This document shows, one piece after another, positions 54,801 to 63,089 of a stretch of DNA of 64,000 nucleotides; position 1 is the stretch's first letter; every line of letters begins with the position of its first letter. Source of the DNA: Amoebophrya sp. A120 (lineage: Eukaryota; Protista; Dinoflagellata); NCBI GenBank assembly GCA_905178155.1, contig CAJINV010000002.1:3238515-3302514 (forward strand), given 5' to 3'. The notes beneath the pieces are model-generated. The model did not search any database. It was not told the DNA's origin and was given only the letters and a program-made list of their open reading frames with translations. Made by a program: the position numbers and the translations under genes.

Positions 54801-57800
54801 GGTAGCGTCGGGGAGCCTCTCACGAAAGAAAAGACGCACTTTTGTAAGTTCACAACTTCCCCACGCTATCATGAGTTTATTAGCGTTTTTTGAGCCTTGG
54901 CATAAGTTTACATTTTCCGCACGCTATCAAGAGTTTATTAGCGTTTTTTTTTGCGACCGTGCAAAAGTGCAGGACTTCGGCAAGAAGTCTTTGGGTATTT
55001 TGCTGGTCCCCCCGAAGGCGCTAATGGACGCCGGGTCGGAGCTCCAACCTGCGCTCCATCAAGCTGCTGTGGCGGGTGGGGCGCTTGTTTGAATGATATT
55101 GGATAGCAATCTTTCGTCTGAACGGAAAATAGCCGACTCGACATGCAAAATCAAAAAAAAAATCGTTTGTTCGAACAAATCTCAAAATATCCCACGAAAA
55201 TAACCCATCCCCATCGTAATTGCTATTTTTTTTGCAAAAAACGCTAAAAAAAATTGAAAAAAAAACAAAAAAATTGCTACCCATGCGGAAGGGCTTCGTG
55301 GTGTTAGCTAGCACGTGACGACTATGACAGAAGCAGCCTGAGACGATTCATCTAGAAGTGTTTGCTTTGAATTAGCTAGCTCAAGGCATCCCCGGCGAAG
55401 CCGCGACAACAAAGCCACCGAAAGATGGGCGTCAGACAGGGAGACAGCGCCGGCTACGGATACGCTTTAGGGCCGTCAGGGCCGTTGGTTTGCTTGCTTT
55501 TTCCCACATCACCGTCGCCATGTCTGCTTGCCACCACATCGCGACCATAGATGAAAGCCCGTGACCTGTTTTGTCCGTCGTTTTGGCCTCAATAGGTCGG
55601 CGAAAATTACCCATCCGGACAAATTTTTGCGACTTTTGAGCTTTTCGGATTTTTTCCGCAAATATCTGTTCAAAAAACCGGAAAAAATCAGATTTTTCTT
55701 TTTTTTGGCAAATTTCTTCAAAATTCCGAAAATGCAGAAAAATCTATCACGATGGGTTATTTTCGCCGACCTGTATAGGCAAAAAAGCCTACTTTTTTCG
55801 AAAAGTGGTCCGATTTTGATTTATCTGGATGGGTTATTTTCACCCGACCTGAGTCGGGCAAAAAGTTGCTCTTTTTTTGCTTCAAAGCCGGCTTTTTTGG
55901 GAAAAAAAAACTTGGGTTTTCGGGGTATACGGGTCGGCGAAAATAACCCATCCAGATGATTTGCAAAGTTTCGCTATTTTACAAAACCCCAAAAAAGGCG
56001 AGCAAAAAGCGCGCGCCTGCCCCGACCTGAGTCCGTTGATTTGGCGATTTTTTTTCTTTCAAAAAAGTAAACACTCTGAGCGACATTTTAGCCGGACTCA
56101 GGTCGGGGCAGGCGCGAGCTTTTTGCTCGCCTTTTTTGGGTTTTTGAAAAGTCACGAAATTTTGCAAATCATCTGGATGGGTTATTTTCGCCGACCTGTA
56201 TACCCCGAAAACCCCAGTTTTTTTTTTACAAAAAAGCCGGCTTTGAAGCAAAAAAAGAGCAACTTTTTGCCCGACTCAGGTCGGGCGAAAATAACCCATC
56301 CAGATAAATCAAAATCGGGCCACTTTTCGAAAAAAGTAGGCTTTTTAGCCTATACAGGTCGGCGAAAATAACCCATCGTGATAGATTTTTGGTCGATTTT
56401 TGATTTTGGCGAAAAATTGGAATTTTTTTGAATTTCTTCGCTTGCGTCTGCCCTCAACCATTTTTGCCGGACCTCCATTTCTGGACAAGCCAGGTGACCA
56501 GTTGCGCGACCATTCCGTCGCCGCGGACGCGGCCTAATTAGGGGCCAGGGAGGCGGAGGATAGGGCGGCCGCCCTTCCGGCGCGAAGCGGGCCTGTGCGG
56601 CCCTCCCGGAGGCCGCCGGCGCGCAGGACCTTCCGCGCCGCCACCGACCACGACCAGGAGCGCGGCCGCAGACCACGAGGAAGGGCCGCGCCCTCGGGAC
56701 AGAGACATTGCTGGCGGTTCTTCCCTGAGGATGCCTGGAGCTAGCTACTTTATTCACATCATCACTAGCGATTCCTCTCAAGCCGGCTGTTCTGACTAGT
56801 TATCACGAAGCTAACTGACGCCACGACTTTTTTTTTCGCAAAAAAAAATCAGAAAAGTCGCATTTTTTTTTAATTTTTTTGTTTATTTTAATTTATTTTT
56901 TTGCACCGTAAAAATGGCAATTACGATGGGGATGGGTTATTTTCGTGGGATACAAAACGCTAACGCTAATACTTTTTTGTTGGATACAGTCTTTCAACAC
57001 CGGACGGGATTCCGCCAGTGCCAACAGGTACTGGTGCAGAAACTTCTTCTGCAACGACAACTTCCGGCAGCAGTGCGGCTAAGCCAGCAGCAGGTTCAAA
57101 GAAAGGCACTAAGGAAAATAAAGAGAAGGCTAAGGCTGCCAAGAGCAATGGTGGGAATGGAAATGGGAACAACAACAAAGTCGGTGGAAAGCAGAGTACT
57201 ACTAGTAGGGAAAAGCAACCAGCAGACGGAACATCAACTTTAGCTGCAACCACAGCAGAAAATATTAACCAAGACAGCGGCGCCCCTTCTCTCGGCACCA
57301 GTCCCATTTCCGACATCATTTCCGTTCTTCACAATTTCGCGAAAAACCTCTTTCAAGAGTTCACCGAGCAGGACGATTTGAAATTCCTCCTATGAGAGTG
57401 CACAACCCTCCCTCCCCCTTATTTGTGTAGCATGGACGGCAATTATACAATTGCCAGCAAGAATGCCGGCTGTGCATGACAAATTTGCACACGAGTGTAG
57501 TGCTGTTTGGGCTTCCGGAGTTTGTGGTCATCCAAACAGTGCAAAGAGACGCAGTGCCTGGATTTGGTGTTTTGCATGACAAATGAGGGGGAGGGGGGGT
57601 TGTGCACTGTCATTCCTCCGGAAAGACATCGCGAACTTCTTGCGTAACGGGGTGTTGTGGGTCTGGTGGCGAAGAATTTACCTCGTGTTGGAGCACATTG
57701 GGCTTTCCGAAGTGTTGCAGACCTTCGCGCAGGAATATTTGTGGGAACAGACGACTACCGGTTTGCAGCAAGAAAATAGTACCAAAGGGAACAAGAAAAG

Positions 57801-59743
57801 TGGTGCTAAACCCCCACTGCAATTGCCGCAGTTAATCTCGATGCACTTTATCCCACCAGACCCCAATAGCTCACACGACTGCTCCATGTTTCTAGCGGCG
57901 GACGGAGACAAAGCTTCTTCACCGTCATCGTCCGCTGCCGCATCTACTTCACAAACCGATTTGTCCTCGTCGAACAAACGTCTTTCCAGCAAACCAGGCT
58001 CCAGTCCAGACCTGCGGAAGAAGATACAAGAGAACAACCAGGGCATCCCCGCAACGGCACAACCATCTGCGGATGTTACCGCAACTGCAGAGGCGCTTGG
58101 CATTGCGAATCCGCATATGGTGAAATCTGTAACCGCCTACAGCTATGGCAGAGACCACGAAGCGGATGAGGACCACGATGTTAATAGCCGTAGTGCTAGT
58201 GGCCGTGGCGCAGCCGCGGAAGATGGAAAAACAAACGGCGAACAGCAACAGCAAAACTGGCAACCCTGCACGGGCCCGCATTTGAACGCGAGAAAATATC
58301 GAAATTCCAACGCTCTGAGGCTCAGATTTCTACTCCCCTCTGACCTCCTTTCCGCAGAACAACTAGGGAAAGTGGTTTATTCCACCAAAGCACCAACGCT
58401 GACCCGGGCTGCTGGTGGTGGGGGTGCTGTAGGATCAGCCGCAGGAGCTACTGGTGGAAATAGTGGCAGTACTAAAGGTAACAGTAAAGAGAAGAACAAG
58501 ACGGGTGCTGGGGCAACTACTGCTCCATCTACTGCAGACAGTACCAACACGCTCCTGCCGAAGTCCGCCCAAGTGGTCGACGTTTATCTCAAACACGAAT
58601 TGGTCAACGGGTACGTGCGGAAGGTTCTGAGCGAGCAGTTGCGGTTAGAAGTGAGGACAGTGGTGGAGAGGACACAGCAAGCAGTCGAGTTAGCCGGGGA
58701 CGCGAATTATGAACTGCAAAAACATCGTACTAGTAGTAATTGCAATACAAATTAACTCAGCATGACACATGGAATTTGTCATGCTGTTTTGCCTTGGGAT
58801 AGAGATATGTAATGCATGACTGCGATTACTACGAGCGCGATACTTTTGCACAGGATACAAATGCAGAGCGGGGGGAGAGAGTTCGGTGGACCAGCCCGAC
58901 GGAAAAATATATCACCAGTTTGGCGGATGCGGTATCATTCGTGTTTTGCTGGACAAAGTTTTTGTCATGCATTTTCTTCATTTTCACAGTCTCTGACTTG
59001 TACAAGATCATGAGAGACTACATCTGCAATGCACGTTTGTGTTACATAGCGAAGTTACCCAACTTTTCAACAATTCAGGTCTACTACTCCCTCGAGTTCG
59101 ACGAGGTCATTGACGCGTTTCTGGAGCACCTTCGCGGTGACCCACACCAATCCGCAGACCACTGGATTTCTGTTGCTTCGTCCAACTTCGGGAAGGCGAT
59201 CGACGCCATCTATGGGGAGGAAGAAAATGTACCACCAGGACCAGCGAAGGGACAAGGACAACAAAATGCGGGTAATCATCAACATACAGGCTCATCTTCT
59301 CCCAACCTCAACCCGCACGCGTCGAAGGACCAGTTGCTGAACTTATTGAAGTATGAATTGCAAAAGTACTTTAGCCTTAGCCTTACTACTACTAGTAGAA
59401 AGCGCATGACATCAAATAATCTTCTCAGCGTATTAACACATGGAATTTGTAATGCGGGTCTGCCTTAACAACGGGATTTGTAATGCATACCGACGATCAC
59501 TACGATCACGATACTTTTGCAATGCATATGAAGCAGGAAATCACCAAACACGGGGTCATCCACGGAAACCATGCACAGGCACTGCAGAACATGCGGGGCG
59601 TGAATTCGGGACAGAGCTACGGGGTGCCCCACCACGTTCTCCCCGCGGTAGTGGCCAGTCCGGGGGCGTTTGCGCTCTACCAGTGGAACCTGCACTTCTT
59701 CACGTTATTGACGAGTCACGTTTTCATGTTGGGGGATTTTTGA
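30854..59743 (+). CDS. Giant low-complexity (S/A/G/Q/T-rich) protein of ~6,985 aa, 26 exons, function unknown
   Basis: Removing 25 insertions (7932 nt, including the 2.7-kb nested element) from the 28,890-nt span leaves 6986 codons, and flanking ORF pieces join in frame. The single-gene model depends on the 2.7-kb element being removed. Confidence 0.6.
32020..32324. mobile_element. Introner, family E
   Basis: Long TIR; DR GGCGC. Confidence 0.9.
32729..32990. mobile_element. Introner, family H
   Basis: DR GTGGT. Confidence 0.9.
35171..35324. mobile_element. Introner, family M
   Basis: Homologous to 45804; DR decayed (CGTCG/AGTTT, or AGTCG 6 nt further). Confidence 0.8.
36299..36549. mobile_element. 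Introner, family H
   Basis: DR GAAGC. Confidence 0.9.
38355..38505. mobile_element. Introner, family B
   Basis: DR GACCA. Confidence 0.9.
38612..38865. mobile_element. Introner, family H
   Basis: DR GGAGG. Confidence 0.9.
38947..39188. mobile_element. Introner, family A
   Basis: DR GCGAA/GCCAA. Confidence 0.9.
39429..39702. mobile_element. Introner, family H (reverse of the 16609 type)
   Basis: DR CGGAT/CGGAC. Confidence 0.9.
39750..39938. mobile_element. Introner, family B
   Basis: DR AAGAT/AAGAC. Confidence 0.85.
43037..43246. mobile_element. Introner, family L
   Basis: TIR TATSCAAGAAAAAAACTGTGT; DR AGGAG/AAGAA. Confidence 0.9.
43760..43874. mobile_element. Introner, family I
   Basis: TIR TATCCACAGAARAAAACCCA; DR GTGGA. 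Confidence 0.9.
43963..44140. mobile_element. Introner, family B (diverged)
   Basis: DR CGCAC/CGCAG. Confidence 0.8.
45484..45738. mobile_element. Introner, family D (reverse of 2078)
   Basis: DR GCCCA. Confidence 0.9.
45804..45954. mobile_element. Introner, family M
   Basis: DR CGGGT. Confidence 0.9.
46096..46383. mobile_element. Introner, family F
   Basis: DR AGTTC/CGTTC. Confidence 0.9.
46473..46628. mobile_element. Introner, family B
   Basis: DR CATAA. Confidence 0.85.
47556..47876. mobile_element. Introner, family N
   Basis: TIR TATCA..AAAAATCCCCCTCCCCATAT; DR CTTGC. Confidence 0.9.
47978..48240. mobile_element. Introner, family H
   Basis: Clear TIR; DR decayed ACCCG/GTTCG. Confidence 0.85.
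48311..48563. mobile_element. Introner, family H
   Basis: DR TACTG/CACTG. Confidence 0.9.
51990..52150. mobile_element. Introner, family M (reverse)
   Basis: DR GAAGG/GAGGG. Confidence 0.9.
55188..56952. mobile_element. Nested 1,765-bp foldback element inserted in the right TIR of the outer element
   Basis: TIR TATCCCACGAAAATAACCCATCCCCATCGTAATTGC; DR CAAAA at 55183-55187 and 56953-56957; degenerate arms over 200 bp; no transposase ORF recognised. Confidence 0.9.
55738..56390. repeat. ~298-bp-arm inverted repeat with ~57-nt loop
   Basis: 55738-56035 is a near-perfect reverse complement of 56093-56390. Confidence 0.9.
57391..57614. mobile_element. Introner, family C
   Basis: DR CCTCC; right end mutated to CATT. 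Confidence 0.9.
58708..58857. mobile_element. Introner, family B
   Basis: DR CGAAT/CAAAT. Confidence 0.9.
58932..59078 (+). other. 147-nt GT-AG intron with introner-like features
   Basis: GCG|gtatca...ttcag|GTC; contains TTGTCATGC. It is in-frame and stop-free, so intron status rests on composition. Confidence 0.6.
59352..59528. mobile_element. Introner, family B
   Basis: DR TGAAG. Confidence 0.9.
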
Positions 59744-62700
59744 GGCGGGAGTTCGGTTGTGTGGGGGATCATTTGTGGCGAAGATGGTGCAGTTCTTATT
59801 TAGCGGTGATTTTATTTATGATAAGAAAGCGACAGGAGACGAAGAACAAGATCATGATGTATGAGTAAAAATAGATAGGGTCTTCGATAATTTAGATTTT
59901 TGTTTGAGAATACTGAGCGTATCATGCAGTGATTTTTATATTTTTTTGGTTCGGTGAAGATGTTTATGGTTGAAAACTGTTTAGGAAAAGACGATCAACA
60001 TAGTTCATGAAAATCAACAAGATTCTTGCAAACGAAATATGCCACCTAAAGGTCACAAATTAGTTGCTATTTCAAAAGAAGAAGAACCCTGGCTATTAAC
60101 ATTTTGAGAATATAACACATCGCCGTAAAAGCGATAACCATCTTGTTGTCGATAAGCTTCCTCGCTAATTCTCTTTTTTTTTTTGTTTTCAGAATTTCTG
60201 CCAAAGTAAACAACTATTGTATGTAGTGAGGTCACCGAACGGTTCTAACCAGGGAGTTTTTTTGACAGCCAGACAGCAAAACGGCCGTCAGTTTTCAAGC
60301 GGGCGGAAGCGTTTTTTGACAAAAAAGATTCTCAATTATCAAGCGGGCAGAGCGTTGCTGGCAAACAAGCCCGGTCGAAAACTATCGATTCGCACTTGAT
60401 AAAACGACGCAGGGGAGCCGGCAAAAGGGGCGCCCTTCTGAGGCGCCCACCGCCTTGGTTTCTGCCGATTTGGGGAGCCCAAAAAGGGGCGCGCAAAAAA
60501 CGCGCCCAAAATCAGAACAGCGAAACAGCATGGCACGGCCGCGATTTCCGAGCATTTTGGGCGGCCGCGAAAGCGGCCGCCTTTTCGCCGGTTTTAGAGC
60601 CGGGGAAGCTTTGCAAAAAGCGCCGGCGGGAAAAATAAAAACGCGAAAAATAAAAAGCGCCCCAGACGCGCAAAGCCAATCCGCATGCTATGGGCCCGGT
60701 TTTTCTTCGCTTTTTGGGCGCCCCCCTTGGCACCCGGATCGGCCCCATAGCATCGGGGCTGGCTTTCGGAAAGGAATTTTGGAAATGTTCCAAAATTTGT
60801 GACGTTTCCCAAGTGGCCGCAATACCGTGCGGCATAACGTTACTCACGGCGGTATGGCGAGCCCAGAAATAGCAAAGCCGCGGCCAAGGCGGCGGTCGGC
60901 AAAAAAACGCCCACGACCTCACTACCCCCGCCCCGGCGGCTATATTTCGTATCAGTCGCTACAACCACACGAGTACGAAAGTCGTTGTGCCTTGAAGACT
61001 ATATCCAGCCCCAACTGCAGAAAGTCCATGCGGCCCGGCATTCCGGGTGATGTTGAGGTCGAAAACGTAGAGAAGAAATCTCTCCCATGATTTTTTGACG
61101 AAAGAAAGGACGATGAACGAAGGTGCATCATGCCTGCAAAATCTTAGGGTCATCTCAGCCACAGTGCATCACGCGCTGTGATCTACTACTTCGTTCCTAG
61201 AGCAACTGCTACGACTGACGAAAGGGAAATGATCAGAAAGAACTACAGAACGAACATAGTAAGAAATCGCTTGTGCTTATGCTTTTGTTTCGATTGAGTG
61301 GCTATTTCACGACGGGAGGCTTTTTGCCACAGGTGTTCATCGACTCTGGAACGAAAAGGGGGCAACGGTGTGAGGCTTGAGGGCTGCAGCGCAGACGCGC
61401 GCGCCCATTAAAAATCGACTCTGGAACGAAAAGGCTTGCAACGACGCGCGGGCCTGTGAAGGACTGCAGCGCAGACAAGTGAGCACGTGGCGGCGCCCAC
61501 AATTCCCAGCCCGGCGGGCAGTTGACTGCCTGGAGGGGGGCCGCGTTCTTCCCCCGCCCCAGAGGGAGGGCGCGAGCGTTTTGCGCAGCAAGGGCAGCGC
61601 GGCCGCGGCCGCGATCTGCCGGCCTGCCTCTGTTTGCCGGCGCCGCTGTCTGCGCCCGCGCGCGCGCGCCGGCAAGGGCCAGCGAAGGCGCCAGGCTACA
61701 CGCAAGCGGGCGCCCAGGCGGGCGCGCGGCGGCCTGGGGCAGGCCCTGCGACGCGCCGCACCCCTTCGGGCGCCCGCGGCGCCCCATTGCCCCCGGCCGA
61801 CGCGCTTGGGCGGCATGCGCGCAGGCGGGGACGCGGCAGAATTCAAAAAACGGGGGAGGGCGGGCCGTTGTGGAAAGCGTCCACATTTCTGCCGACTGCG
61901 GCGCGCGAAGTGTTTGGGCCTACATAAATTGCACGAGGCCCTGCGATCCGCCGCGATAGAATGGCCGACCGCGCGCGTCGGGGGGCGCGCCGTCTCATTT
62001 ATTTCGCCCAGGCCGGCGCATGGGCCGCCCGCCCGGGCGTACGAGATTGCCGGCGCCGACCAGCGGGGCGGGGCGCTAGCCGGGTGGGGCCCAGCCATTG
62101 CTTGGGGTGCTTCCGCCGCTGGGCCGGCGGAGCCTTGTCTACCGCGGGTGGCCCGGCAGGGCGTCCCCCGTGCCCGCCTGCCCGTGTTTCTGGCCCAGCG
62201 CCCCCCCCCCCCCCGCGGTGTTTGTGTGTTGATGCTGCGCCCCCGCTGCAGATTATGCGCAGGCGAGTGGTGGCGCCCGCGCCCGCCCGCGGGAGGTTGG
62301 GGGGAGAGGGGGCTGCAATTAACAAATGGGGGCCGGACGCCACGTTTGTCGTTTTGATTGATCCGTCGTGGGCCCGGTCGCTTTTCCTCTGTGTTTTTCT
62401 CAGCCGGCCGAGCAGCGATTCCCACGCACAAGGCCGGGCCACAGTGATACTTACACAGCTAGGCACCGACCTAGCGGTGCCTCGGGCAATTTTTTCTTGG
62501 CGCCCCCTGCCTTGGTGTGTTCCGTGGAATCTGGATGCCCGTGCACAATTGCCCGAGATTTTCATCACATCCAGCAAACAGCTAGTAGGGACAAGGGCTT
62601 TCCATTGCCATGGCTTTTTTTTTGATTGGTTTTGTAGAAGTGCTGAGAAAGCTAATGCTATGCCAACACTGTCCTGTATTAAATGCAAGTACTTTTGGAG

Positions 62701-63089
62701 CATTATGTCGAAAAAATCCCAACAATGTGCCATCGGTTCACTTGGTGCAAGAAAGCTATGTCCTCTTTTTTCGCAACCGAGAGCCATTTCAGCGATATCT
62801 GACGTTTTACTTTCTGTCACGAAATTTTTTTCCACCGAATATGCAACACTGTCTATTTTTGATGAGCATCCGTCGTCGTTCCTGTACTTACAAACAAGTT
62901 AAGAAAAACGACAGCACTGTTCCCTAGTCCACTCAAGAGATCAACAATACACGTTGACTTGATCAATAAAACACGCTCACATAAGTTAAGGCTCGAGTTG
63001 GTGCGTTCATCACACCGCCTCGGCGTCAGCTCCGCTCCTTCCTCTTAACTACTAGATAATTTGAAGCAGTACTGCGAAACCTCAATAAA

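Larger units (their letters stand above)
54306..56986. mobile_element. Outer large TIR/foldback element (911 bp own sequence, 2681 bp with the nested insert)
   Basis: TIR TATYCAACAAAAAAGYATTAGCGTTAGCGTTTTG; DR CAGTC at 54301-54305 and 56987-56991; internal inverted units AAAACGCTAATAAACTC. Confidence 0.9.

Noticed and set aside
55745-56383. Third nested element TATCACG...CGTGATA
   Set aside because: The flanks (AAATC/GATTT) are inverted, not direct, so this is part of the palindrome.
54306-56986. Transposase inside the large nested elements
   Set aside because: The ORFs are short F/K-rich products of palindromic A/T tracts, with no DDE-like motif recognised.
259-59528. CRISPR-like repeat/spacer interpretation
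   Set aside because: The repeats are dispersed inverted pairs of many families in a eukaryotic gene context, with no regular array or cas genes.
276-59695. Hundreds of short ORFs with recurring peptides (CHA, MHDK, FQTQTFLHLI, KCKNVWVWK) and long minus-strand ORFs
   Set aside because: They are translations of repeated element sequence or antisense shadows of + strand exons, not a protein family.
61302-62902. Long overlapping ORFs of 278-364 aa
   Set aside because: They are R/A/G/P-rich frames expected from extreme GC content, open on both strands, with no recognisable domain.
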